DNA of 64,000 nucleotides from Acidobacteriota bacterium (GTDB lineage: Bacteria > Acidobacteriota > Terriglobia > Terriglobales > Acidobacteriaceae): positions 7,069 through 71,068 of the forward strand of contig JABCZC010000013.1 of the NCBI GenBank assembly GCA_013289875.1. Reading direction: 5' to 3'. Numbering within the stretch: position 1 is the stretch's first letter; each line of letters begins with the position of its first letter. Position numbers and translations under genes: made by a program. The notes under the pieces are model-generated. The model was not told the origin of the DNA. It saw only the letters and a list, made by a program, of their open reading frames with translations, and did not search any database. Of the stretch, positions 9,601-16,978 are shown in pieces.

Positions 9601-12217
9601 GGAAGGCGTGTGAAGTGGCGAGCTTGCGATGGGCGATCTTCTCGGCGTCAAGCCGCTGCATGAAAGCGTCGATAGCGGCATCGCCTCCGGAAACCACGCA
9701 CAATTGCGGACTGTTGACCGCAGCGAGGTCGAGATCTAATTCAGAGTTGCCAGTACCCTGGGGCATCAGAGCCAGGACGGTAGCCTCGTCCTTGCGCACG
9801 GCCAGCATGGAGCCGCGCGGCAGATCCTGCATCAGGCGGCAGCGCGCGGCGATGAGGCGCAGGGCGTCGTCGAGCGAGAAGACTCCAGCGAGGCACGCGG
9901 CTACGTATTCCCCGACACTATGTCCCACCATGGCGACGGGCTTGATGCCCCAGGAGAGCCAGAGCTGGGCGAGCGCGTATTCGAAGGCGAAAATCGCCGG
10001 CTGCGCGTAGAGCGTCTGGTTGAGCCGGGTTTGCGTTTCCGGTGAAGAGTCAGCCGGATAGATGATGTCGAGCAGGCTTGCGCCGAGGGCGGGAGCAAGA
10101 ATTTCGCTGCAGCGGTTGAGAGCATCGCGGAAGACCGGTTCGGATTCATAGAGCTTGCGGCCCATGCCGAGCGACTGAACACCCTGGCCGGGGAAGCAGA
10201 AGACGACGCCGGGATTCTCGAAGGGGCTGTCCTGCCGCAGGATGGCAGGGGAATCGCCGGAGCTGAGCGCCTCGGCTGCTTCGAGCGCAGAGGAGGCGAC
10301 CAGAGCGCGACGGAAATGGTGACGGCTGCGGCCGATTTGCAGCGTGTACGCGGAGTCTGCAAAGTTAAGGTCCGGGCTCCGCGAGAAGTGCTGCGCAAGC
10401 GATTGTGTGAGATTGCCCAGGGCTGTCGGGCTCTTCGCCGACCAGACCAGCAAGTGATGCTTGCGTCCGCTATCGGAAGGCCTAAGCTGGGGCGGTGCTT
10501 CAATGACGACGTGCGCATTGGTGCCCCCGACTCCGAAGGCGCTTACACCGGCGCGCAACGGAACTCCGTTGGTCTGCCAAGGCTGGAGCTCGCGGTTGAA
10601 GTAGAACGGGCTGTTCGCCAGCTCGAGGTGCGGGTTGGGCTGCTCGAAGTGAAGGAGGCCGGGAATTGAGCGGTTTTCGATCTGCAGAACCGTCTTGATG
10701 AGGCCGACGCCCCCCGCAGCTACGTCGAGATGGCCAACATTCGCCTTGGCCGTGCCGAGCGAGCAGAAGTTTGTTTCGGAGGTGGACGCGCGGAAGGCCT
10801 TGTTCAGGCCTGCGATTTCGATGGGATCGCCGAGCGGAGTGCCGGTGCCGTGGGCTTCAAGATAAGTGATGGACTCGGCGGGGACGCCGGCCATTTTCTG
10901 TGCGCGCTGGATGACCTGTGCCTGGCCATCGACACTGGGCGCGGTGTATCCAACCTTTACGGAGCCGTCGTTGTTGATGGCGAATCCGCGAATGATGGCG
11001 AGCACCTGATCGCCATCGGCAACGGCGTCTTCGAGGCGTTTGAGCAGGACGATCGCTGAACCGGAACCGAAAACGGTGCCGCTGGCGCGATGGTCGAAGG
11101 GGCGGCAGTGGCCGTCGAGCGAGGCCAGCCCGCCTTCCTGCGGGATGTAGCCGCGATGTTCGGGGAAAGTGATCGAGACGGCACCAGCGAGCGCCATGTC
11201 GCAACCTGCGGTGAGCAGGCTCTGGCAGGCCTGGGCTACCGCGACCAGCGCTGTCGAGCAGGCCGACTGCACGGTCATGCTGGGTCCGCGCAGGTTGAGC
11301 TTGTAGGAGACGCGGGTGGGCAGGAAGTCCTTATCGTTGCCCAGCATGGTGACGTAGTTGCCAACCTGGTAGCTGCCGGTGAAGTCCTCGAGGAATTCGC
11401 GGCCGGTAGCGAGATTCCGCATGAAGTAGGTGTTCATACTGCAGCCGGCGAAGACACCCACCGATTGCGTGGTGTGAGCGGGATCGTACCCGGCGCGCTC
11501 CAGAACTTCCCATGCGCATTCCAGGAAAACGCGATGTTGCGGATCCATGTGCGCGGCTTCTTTGGGGTAAACGCCAAAGAAGGCGGCATCGAACTTGTCG
11601 GTGTCTTTCAGGATGGGCCGTGCGGCGACGTAGTTCTCAGCGCGGCTGGCGGTCTCGCGTTCGTAGCTGTCCAGTTGTTCGCGATCGAAGAAGGTGATTG
11701 ATTCGACGCCGGATACGAGATTGTTCCAGAACTCCTCGACGCTGTTGGCGCCCGGAAAGCGCCCGGTCATGCCGATGATGGCGATTGCGGACGTGGGCAG
11801 TGGCTGGGACGGATTGGCGGGGGCGGCGAAGACCGCAGCGGTGCCGCTCGAGGCAATATGGGAGGCTGCCTGCCCTTCGCGCTGAACAAGACTGGTCATG
11901 GTGCGCAGCGTAGGGTACTCGAAGATGGCCGCAATGGGCAGCTGAGCCTGATCGGTCTGACGAAAAACGGTTCGGTTGATCTTGGAGATCAGCACGGTGG
12001 CCAGAAGGGAGGTGCCGCCGCTATCGAAAAAGTTGTCATCCAGGCCGACGCGGGGAAGACCCAGGACTTCCTTCCACAGCCGAGCTACGGCTGCAGCCAG
12101 ATCCTCCTCCAGCCTGTCACTCGGGCGCAAAGACTCCGCCCGTGCCTCCTCTATCCTCGACGCGGAAGAGGAAGCTCGACGAATGGAATCATCCGGGTTG
12201 TCGGTCTTCTTTGGCAT
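3692..12217 (-). CDS. Hybrid PKS-NRPS, T-KS-AT-ACP-aminotransferase-C-A-T (2841 aa)
   Basis: ORF track protein. Motifs: FFDSGGTSL, VQSACSTAL/EAHGTGT/NVGHL (KS), GHSVGE and HAFHS (AT), LGFDSL (ACP), class-III aminotransferase region with YGKVVAGGLP, HHIIFDGWS (C), YTSGSTGNPKG/YGPTEN/YRTGD/NGKIDR (A), LGGDSL (T). Confidence 0.95.
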   Translation of the reverse strand: MPKKTDNPDDSIRRASSSASRIEEARAESLRPSDRLEEDLAAAVARLWKEVLGLPRVGLDDNFFDSGGTSLLATVLISKINRTVFRQTDQAQLPIAAIFEYPTLRTMTSLVQREGQAASHIASSGTAAVFAAPANPSQPLPTSAIAIIGMTGRFPGANSVEEFWNNLVSGVESITFFDREQLDSYERETASRAENYVAARPILKDTDKFDAAFFGVYPKEAAHMDPQHRVFLECAWEVLERAGYDPAHTTQSVGVFAGCSMNTYFMRNLATGREFLEDFTGSYQVGNYVTMLGNDKDFLPTRVSYKLNLRGPSMTVQSACSTALVAVAQACQSLLTAGCDMALAGAVSITFPEHRGYIPQEGGLASLDGHCRPFDHRASGTVFGSGSAIVLLKRLEDAVADGDQVLAIIRGFAINNDGSVKVGYTAPSVDGQAQVIQRAQKMAGVPAESITYLEAHGTGTPLGDPIEIAGLNKAFRASTSETNFCSLGTAKANVGHLDVAAGGVGLIKTVLQIENRSIPGLLHFEQPNPHLELANSPFYFNRELQPWQTNGVPLRAGVSAFGVGGTNAHVVIEAPPQLRPSDSGRKHHLLVWSAKSPTALGNLTQSLAQHFSRSPDLNFADSAYTLQIGRSRHHFRRALVASSALEAAEALSSGDSPAILRQDSPFENPGVVFCFPGQGVQSLGMGRKLYESEPVFRDALNRCSEILAPALGASLLDIIYPADSSPETQTRLNQTLYAQPAIFAFEYALAQLWLSWGIKPVAMVGHSVGEYVAACLAGVFSLDDALRLIAARCRLMQDLPRGSMLAVRKDEATVLALMPQGTGNSELDLDLAAVNSPQLCVVSGGDAAIDAFMQRLDAEKIAHRKLATSHAFHSSMVEPALAPFAEVIRSINFAAPSTPYVSTLTGKWITASEVADPEYWTRQLRHSVRFADAVREIIHTPERIMLEIGPSETLVPLIRQIAKASSWTPATLSSLGSARAAEPEDGALLSALGLLWTLGANPDWTAFHAGYSRKRALLPTYPFERHRHWVDAPAASMPAQPDPPVIAVSPANTPNTNQASVLPAEVSIMATPSVAHNDTMLSELKALITDLSGTDLADAEADASFLELGFDSLFLTQLTQGIQSKFRVKLTFRQIMESYPTLGTLAAHLDATVAPELRSAAPVASTPAPAVPAATQVIATAPAPATAPSISATTTAPGSYEALFASQMQALTALFNQQMEFLRGQPAAPVASVSSTVTIPPSPSQSVTIADTIATAASQALPPAPVAETKTSKPAFTPFKPVQRGEAAGLNPVQETYLKNLVQSYASRTQGSKKFTQDHRGVFADGRVVSGFNAQTKELVYPLVVDRAAGAYLWDNDGNRYVDILNGYGAILYGHSPDFVVDAVRKQLDLGFAIGPQTELSGVCAELISELTGMQRVTFCNTGSEAVMGAMRLARTVTGRNLVVLFTGDYHGSFDEVLVKSVGNRRSMPVAPGIPRESVANILVLDYGSPESLEVIRQRADEIAAVLVEPVQSRHPELRPVEFLREVRRITQLSGSCLIFDEVVTGFRTHSGGMQALYDIRADLATYGKVVAGGLPVGVLAGSPTYMDALDGGAWQYGDDSFPQVGVTFYAGTFMRHPLALAAVRASLEHIKSSGPSLQTDLTAKTTSLVTDLNALFRDFSYHSVIETFSSWFYMSAAAEPKLARLLYYHLREQGIHIQEGFPCFLTTAHTDADLDFVREAFRTSLRQMQAGQAIGHAEAAVQPAPTTPVSAPEPVEAIAPADRDIAITEPQREILFGTQLGDEANCAFNESTSLRLNGPLDEATLIRSLEQLVARHEALRSTILENGDTVHIAAHVPLPLENDDLSTLSTEGRDEQLRTLIAQQASTPFDLHRGPLFRMRLVRLAPSEHGRLFSAHHIIFDGWSTNVLYSELGELYSAAVSGKAASLPAPLNFSQYAIEQNARHESQENSEVEAYWLNEFKTMPSALQLPTDRPRPAMRSNEGATKRFIFPPEFLKAVKKAGAKQGSTLFATLLAGFSQLIHRLSQQDDVVIGIPMAGQSILENGTTLVGHCVNFLPIRSSFQADQPLSEFFKQARKKLLDAQDHQDYTYGTLLRRLKIQRESSRLPLVEVQFNVEQVGAGLKFDGLSVDLSANAKTHVNMDLFFNFIDRGSELWLDCDYNTGLFDESTIERWCGHIEAILQAFVDDAEQTAGQVSLLTAAQKQQLLIDWNQTATVYPRESSIHRVFEEQAERTPEAVSVTAGDRSLTYAELNEKANQLAYFLESSGVKPGARVALCLDRSLEVVVGLLAILKAGAAYVPVDPTYPASRLSFLIHDSQAQALLTQRSIAATLPQLATNVICLDADWPAIAIESSRNLAPAPGPDDLAYVMYTSGSTGNPKGVLVPHRAVLRLVKNNSFASFSAGEVFLQLAPLSFDAATFEIWGALLNGGRLVLAPAGRVTPEDIGALIQQYNVTTLWLTAALFHLIATTHIETLRPLHQLLAGGDVLSVTHVRRVVEELPHLRLINGYGPTENTTFTCCHTISLDSLASGMVPIGRPIANTRIYIVDAAMQPVPIGVTGELFAAGDGIALGYLNAPELTAEKFIHHTFAPGLTERLYRTGDLARYRADGTVEFLGRADTQVKVRGYRIELAEIEYALERSPLVRSAVACVRTDWVTAHDAPGDKRLAAYIIPAQPGDTTSLAAELRAWLRTQLPDYMQPAAIMAVESFPRTVNGKIDRRALPAPQPEQLMRERSIVYPRNPLEETLALIWSNALSLKEVSVEDSIFELGGDSLMIFRINTLANQAGIKITARHIFQYKTISAICAQVQENPGEHSAESTSGTIQPVPRSLHRRPRTVLQ
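3788..4006 (-). other. Thiolation (PCP) domain
   Basis: IFELGGDSLMIFRI, Ser2774. Confidence 0.85.
4043..5575 (-). other. Adenylation (A) domain, all cores intact
   Basis: LKAGAAYVPVDP, YTSGSTGNPKG, FDAATFE, NGYGPTENT, GELFAAGDGIALGY, YRTGD, GRADTQVKVRGYRIELAEIE, NGKIDR. Substrate not predicted. Confidence 0.9.
5603..6925 (-). other. Condensation (C) domain
   Basis: HHIIFDGWS at aa 1897-1905. Confidence 0.85.
7028..8365 (-). other. PLP-dependent class-III aminotransferase (AMT) domain
   Basis: Glutamate-1-semialdehyde-aminomutase-like sequence (NTGSEAVMGAMRLAR, IFDEVVTGFR, putative PLP Lys in ATYGKVVAGG). It occupies the same position as the AMT of MycA/ItuA. Confidence 0.8.
8768..8995 (-). 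other. ACP domain
   Basis: FLELGFDSLFLTQL, Ser1112. Confidence 0.85.
9203..10216 (-). other. Acyltransferase (AT) domain, malonyl-type signature
   Basis: GHSVGEY (Ser767) and HAFHS. The HAFH motif is the classical malonyl-CoA signature. Confidence 0.85.
10493..11791 (-). other. Ketosynthase (KS) domain
   Basis: Active-site Cys in SACSTALVA (aa 320) and both His motifs (HGTGT, NVGHL) are intact. Confidence 0.9.
11882..12115 (-). other. N-terminal carrier (T) domain with no adjacent loading enzyme
   Basis: FFDSGGTSLLATV, Ser70. Only about 35 residues precede it, and no acyl-AMP ligase or A domain lies upstream. Confidence 0.75.
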
Positions 12218-12243
12218 GCATGGGGGAGACGAGGTGCTGGATT

Positions 12244-14514
12244 TTATATTTCTCTTGCCGCGGGAATTGCCTCATCCGCGTCTGAGATGTCTTGCACGTT
12301 GACGAAAGGAGTAAAAGGAGACGCTTCGGAACGTGGATACCGAGGCTGCCAACGCAGGTTCATCTTGTTGACGCGCGCTTCAAAGTCGGTCAGATCCTGC
12401 TTCAACGTCTTTTCGGCGCGCAGCAGCCCTACCTTGTTGATGACGACCGCAACGCCGCCGACATTGAGCCGTTCGAGCAGGCGCGCCGTGCGCTTCAGTT
12501 CAGACTTCTTTGTCTTGGCGGATTCGCCGACCAGGACGGTGACGTCGGCAAACCGCGCCAGATATTCGGTTTCGGCGGAGGTCAGCAGCGGGGCGGCGTC
12601 GATCAGCACAATGTCATACTCGTTGGTCAGCTCCTGAAAGGCCTTCGCCATGAAGCTGGTTGCCAGCGGTGTGACTTTTGAATTCAATGCCTGAGTCATG
12701 ACGGTGGACTGGAGTTCGGTGCCTGGTCCGGCATGCGCAGCATCGTCAGCGGGAAAATCGGGCCGGCGTCCCGCTTCTGACAAGTTAACCGTGGCATAAG
12801 CAACAGGATTCGTATTCCCGGATGCGTCGATGGTCAGAGTCTTCCGGCCCAGCTTGGCAAGAGTGCTGCCCAGGTGCCCGACGATGGTGGTGGTGCCGGC
12901 GCCGGAAGTGACGCCAGTCACAACAAAAGTGCGCACCCCGGCAGCGTGGGCAGCGTGATCGATGCCCGCGGCCAGCCGCAACGCGCACTCGTCATAGACC
13001 AGCTGAGTTACTTCCCGGTCGTCGAGAAGCACGCCGACGGGCGAGAAGCCCATCACCGACTCAACATCGCCGCCTGTGTAGAGATGCGGATCCAAGAGAT
13101 CGAAGAGCACGGCTGCCGCGATTCCCAGGAGTATCGATACGGGGAACAGCATGAGCAGCATTCTGTGCGCCTTGCTCGGCTCGGGGCCGAGAGGAGGTCT
13201 TGCCGGCTGGAACAGATGCACCGATCCCGGCGAGCTGCTTTCCAGTTCCAGGTTGCCGATGCGCTCGTCGACGGCGTTGTAGCGTGTCTGCAGCCGCTCA
13301 ACATCGGCCTTGATTTCGTCGGCTCGCTGGAATTTCGGCGCGGCGGTAGTGGCGATGCTCGTCTGCTGCTGCAGGTCACGCAACAGTCTCGATTCGACCG
13401 TGGCGGCCCGGTTCACTTCGCCGTGCAGCTTCTCTTCCAGCCGTGCTGCGGCCTTGGTGCGGAGATTCGCCTGCATCGTCTGGAGGGCGTTCTCGGTCTG
13501 AGCGAGCTGATCTTCCACTTGCTTCCGCAACGGGTTGTTAGGCGTAAGGCCGGCCAGCGTTCCCAGCAATTCACTGCGCTTCTGGCCCAGCGAAGATTTG
13601 AGCGCCGTGAGCTGCGGATCGCTCGCGATGATTTCATCGGCAGCCGCATTCAGAGCCGAGTTGGGCGCCGTAGGATTACCGGATTCGAGTGCCGAGAGCT
13701 GGGCTTCGGCTTGAATCCGCTGGTCATGGGCGGTGCTCAGGTCGCTGCGCATCTTCTCGAGTTGCCCATCGTAGGGGTTCGTGGTGACGACGGCCACGCC
13801 CATGGATTTCGCTATGTCTGACTGTTCCTGGAGCCGAGCATCCAATTCCGATTGCAGGCGCGCCCGTTCTTCGCGCAGGGTCTGCAAGCGCTCATCGCGG
13901 CCGTAAAACTCCTCGTCCTTATTCTTCTCCAGGTAGGTGTCGGTCACCGCGTTTACAATTTCAGCCAACTTTCCAGGACGCGCGCCGTGCAACGTAATCT
14001 CTACCTGGTAGGTCGTGCCCACGCGGGCGATATCCAGAGCCCCCTGCAAGCGCGCCACGGCGGATTGCTCGCTTTCTCCAGGCGCCCGCCATGTACCAGG
14101 GGGCAGTTTGCGCAGCGCGTCGGCGATCACGTCGTAGCGCGTGACAGAGTGCATTTCTTCCTGGATGTAGGTCTCATACTGATATTGCTGCTCGCGGTCG
14201 TCGGTAAGCGTCTTGGGAAAATTGGGTGATACGTAAACGATGCTTGCGGCGGAATAGGTGGGGCGATGGCGGAGGACCACGGCAAGTCCCAGGCCGCAGG
14301 TCACGAGCGCGATCAGGCTCGCCGTGATGGAGTGTATCTTCAGGCTCCGAAGAACATTGATCCTGAACCCCCCGCCGGCTGAAGGCGTGGGCCGAGGCTG
14401 CTGGGGTGCTGGTGCGGATTGTTGTGGTTCGAGTTGCCGTGGGGTTATATACATGCCATCCGGGTCCTTAATATCTCGTGCTGCGGGGGAACAGAGCCAA
14501 TCTACGAATAGCAC
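12244..14514 (-). CDS. wzc: Polysaccharide co-polymerase / Wzc-GumC-like protein with a degenerate ATPase domain
   Basis: N-terminal TM segment, a long coiled-coil periplasmic Wzz-like region, a second TM segment, and a C-terminal P-loop-like domain (VVTGVTSGAGTTT, TLTIDASG, IVLIDAAP). Start could be Met21 (14454). Confidence 0.8.
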   Translation of the reverse strand: MLFVDWLCSPAARDIKDPDGMYITPRQLEPQQSAPAPQQPRPTPSAGGGFRINVLRSLKIHSITASLIALVTCGLGLAVVLRHRPTYSAASIVYVSPNFPKTLTDDREQQYQYETYIQEEMHSVTRYDVIADALRKLPPGTWRAPGESEQSAVARLQGALDIARVGTTYQVEITLHGARPGKLAEIVNAVTDTYLEKNKDEEFYGRDERLQTLREERARLQSELDARLQEQSDIAKSMGVAVVTTNPYDGQLEKMRSDLSTAHDQRIQAEAQLSALESGNPTAPNSALNAAADEIIASDPQLTALKSSLGQKRSELLGTLAGLTPNNPLRKQVEDQLAQTENALQTMQANLRTKAAARLEEKLHGEVNRAATVESRLLRDLQQQTSIATTAAPKFQRADEIKADVERLQTRYNAVDERIGNLELESSSPGSVHLFQPARPPLGPEPSKAHRMLLMLFPVSILLGIAAAVLFDLLDPHLYTGGDVESVMGFSPVGVLLDDREVTQLVYDECALRLAAGIDHAAHAAGVRTFVVTGVTSGAGTTTIVGHLGSTLAKLGRKTLTIDASGNTNPVAYATVNLSEAGRRPDFPADDAAHAGPGTELQSTVMTQALNSKVTPLATSFMAKAFQELTNEYDIVLIDAAPLLTSAETEYLARFADVTVLVGESAKTKKSELKRTARLLERLNVGGVAVVINKVGLLRAEKTLKQDLTDFEARVNKMNLRWQPRYPRSEASPFTPFVNVQDISDADEAIPAAREI

Positions 14515-14558
14515 CGCGTCCAGCGGCGAAGCCTAGGAATGCAGAACTTTCCTTGTGG

Positions 14559-15626
14559 CTAAAAAGCGCCCCCCGCAAGGCCCAGGCTCAATAAGCTGGT
14601 CATGGGGCTGATCTGGCGCAGGAAATAAGTCACCTTATAGAAACCACTCTGAGGAATAATGATCACGTCGCCCGGCTTAAGGCTGACCTCTGATATGCCA
14701 CCAGGGGTCATCAGCTGCTTCCAGCGGATGACTCTGGATGTATTGGAGGACTTCTCGATGATCGTTACATTGGGCGAAGTTCCGGCGCCCTCTGCCAATC
14801 CCCCGGCCTGAGCCAGGACGGAGGGTAATGTGGATTCCGGCGTGAGCGGAATGGCGCCCGGTGACTTTACTTCGCCGAGCACGGTGACGAACAGATCGGC
14901 TTGCGAAGGTATAAAAATGATGTCGTTGCGGCGCAATCGTATATCCGCCGTGGCGCTGCCGCTGCGCAACAACGCCCTCAAATCGACCTCAAGCACTTGA
15001 TCGTTGCCGCGATAGATCATGCAGCGATCGGGCAGGCCGTCTTTGTTTGAGGGGGTGGCCTGAAGCCCTCCGCGGGAGACGGCATCGAGCAGAGTCGGCG
15101 CCGTGTCGAAATAGAGCACTCCCGGATGCTGTACATTGCCCAGAACAGTGACTCGGTTGGAGCCGTACTTCTCGATGTTGACGGTAACGGTGAGATTTGT
15201 GTAATCCGCCGAGAGAGCATCGATGATGGCTTTGGCGGCGGCTGGGCGGGTCAGATTTGCCACAAGCAATGGTCCGGCAATGGGCAGTGTAATCCGCCCG
15301 TCGGGGCCGATCGTGTACTTCCTCGAAAGTTCGGGTCTGCCGGGAAAGTCCAGGCTGATCTCGTCACCTGCGCCAAGCTGGTATTCTTCGTCGGCCGGGG
15401 GCTCAAAGTTCTGGAGTTGCTTTTCGGGACTCAGCTTGAGCTGTGGCACCTTGGCCACTTGATCCGGAGGGGGGACAGCCGACGGCCCCTGTTGCGCCAG
15501 CAACGGGAACGCTCCCAGGCCCAAGACCAGACCGATGCTTGCCACCCGAGTTGACCAATCTGCGAATCTCATAACATGCCAGACCTTTCGATAAATCTCC
15601 ACGCCTGCACGAGCTCCAGGTTTCAA
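14559..15626 (-). CDS. wza: Polysaccharide export outer-membrane protein (Wza family)
   Basis: Signal-like N-terminus, YQLGAGDEISLDFPGRPELSRKYTIGPDGRITLP Poly_export-type motif and SLBB-like repeats. Alternative start at 15572. Confidence 0.85.
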   Translation of the reverse strand: MKPGARAGVEIYRKVWHVMRFADWSTRVASIGLVLGLGAFPLLAQQGPSAVPPPDQVAKVPQLKLSPEKQLQNFEPPADEEYQLGAGDEISLDFPGRPELSRKYTIGPDGRITLPIAGPLLVANLTRPAAAKAIIDALSADYTNLTVTVNIEKYGSNRVTVLGNVQHPGVLYFDTAPTLLDAVSRGGLQATPSNKDGLPDRCMIYRGNDQVLEVDLRALLRSGSATADIRLRRNDIIFIPSQADLFVTVLGEVKSPGAIPLTPESTLPSVLAQAGGLAEGAGTSPNVTIIEKSSNTSRVIRWKQLMTPGGISEVSLKPGDVIIIPQSGFYKVTYFLRQISPMTSLLSLGLAGGAF

Positions 15627-15659
15627 ACCAATATCCCCATCATGCCTTGAACCCGAAAT

Positions 15660-16862
15660 CTAGGAAATACTCCTAAAGTTGGAGTCCCGATTGGTGCGAA
15701 CCCACTCAGCCTTGCCCCTCGATCCGAGCAGAACCGCAGGGAGCAGACGCAGCTTCCACAAGATATAGAGCGGCGCCGTGGCCAGCACACCCAGCGTCCG
15801 CAGAAAGTTCGGTCCGCTCGCCGCTGCGGCCAGCACATGGGCCGCAATCACTAGGAGCGAAGCGATGGCGTAGATGCGAATCCCGGCTATTGGCACGCAA
15901 AGGGCGAGCAGCAGGGCAAAGACCCCGTAAGCCATCGGCAGACCGGCCACATCGAAGAGCGGTTCGGCCACGCGGAGGCGTCCACGCAGAAGCTGCCCAA
16001 GTAGGGGACCCGTCCAGACTCGGGCAGCATGAAATCTGCCGCCCTCCCAGCGTGCGCGCTGAACCTGCTCACCCTCTCGTGAAGCGGGAAGTGTGGCCGA
16101 AACAAGGGCAGTCTCAAGGAAGCGCACCCTTTTCTCCGCCAGCACCATGGTGATGTGATACTCCAGATCTTCGACGATCGAAAACGCGCCGTAAGGTACC
16201 TGGTTCAGGAGGTTGCGGCTGAGAGCGAAACCATTGCCGAAAATACCTGCGGAGAGACCCAGTCTTTCCCGTCCGCGCGGACGAATGATGTTAAATCCAC
16301 GCAGCGCAAGAGCCGCGAGCCGGGCGTTGATCTTCTCCGTGGGGCTCTCCATCTCATAACGGCATTGCACCGCTTCGGCGCCATTGGCTAGAAGGTGCTG
16401 AACGGCCGGAACCAGATTCTTCGACACGATCGAATCCGCGTCGACGACCAGAATCGCCTTCGCCTGCCCGGCCAGCGCCCGCTCGAAGCCGTGACGAAGG
16501 GCGAAACCCTTTCCCTTCGCCGCCGGATCGTCGTAGATCAGGACCTCGGCTCCGGCCCTGCTCGCCTGCTGGGCGGTGCTATCGGTGGAGTTGTGGGCGA
16601 CCACGAAAATGCTGATGTCGGATTTCGCAGTGCACTGGGCGGCAGATTCGCGCACGCTCCTGACGCAGCGGGAGATCAGAAACTCCTCATTGTGCGCCGG
16701 TATCACGATGGCAAGAGGAAATCCTTCCGCTGGCTCGCTCTCCTCCGATTGTCGGCGCGCGGGCAGCAAGGCGGCGGCTGTCAACAGAGCCAGTTCCAGA
16801 ACGAGAGGCAAGGTGATGGCCAGGAGCGCCAGGCCGAGAATCAGGTAGAAGTAAAATGCCAT
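15660..16862 (-). CDS. Membrane-embedded processive family-2 glycosyltransferase (synthase type)
   Basis: AIVIPAHNEE, VVDADS, IVEDLE (TED-like) and QRARW (Q(Q/R)xRW) motifs flanked by N- and C-terminal TM helices. Confidence 0.85.
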   Translation of the reverse strand: MAFYFYLILGLALLAITLPLVLELALLTAAALLPARRQSEESEPAEGFPLAIVIPAHNEEFLISRCVRSVRESAAQCTAKSDISIFVVAHNSTDSTAQQASRAGAEVLIYDDPAAKGKGFALRHGFERALAGQAKAILVVDADSIVSKNLVPAVQHLLANGAEAVQCRYEMESPTEKINARLAALALRGFNIIRPRGRERLGLSAGIFGNGFALSRNLLNQVPYGAFSIVEDLEYHITMVLAEKRVRFLETALVSATLPASREGEQVQRARWEGGRFHAARVWTGPLLGQLLRGRLRVAEPLFDVAGLPMAYGVFALLLALCVPIAGIRIYAIASLLVIAAHVLAAAASGPNFLRTLGVLATAPLYILWKLRLLPAVLLGSRGKAEWVRTNRDSNFRSIS

Positions 16863-16978
16863 GCGGAAGACGCGCCTCTCAATAGATGACCAAGCAAGTA
16901 TCTGCCGGTACGCAAAACGGACCGGAGTAAATTGTGGGACCGCGACCGTAGGGCTACGGTCCGCCCTGCCCTACGGCT

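Noticed and set aside
16940-16975. Hairpin GACCGTA-gggc-TACGGTC between the TagA-STAS and GT2 genes as an internal terminator.
   Set aside because: There is no U-tract on the transcribed (minus) strand. It may still be a pause or processing site, but the sequence alone does not support a terminator call.
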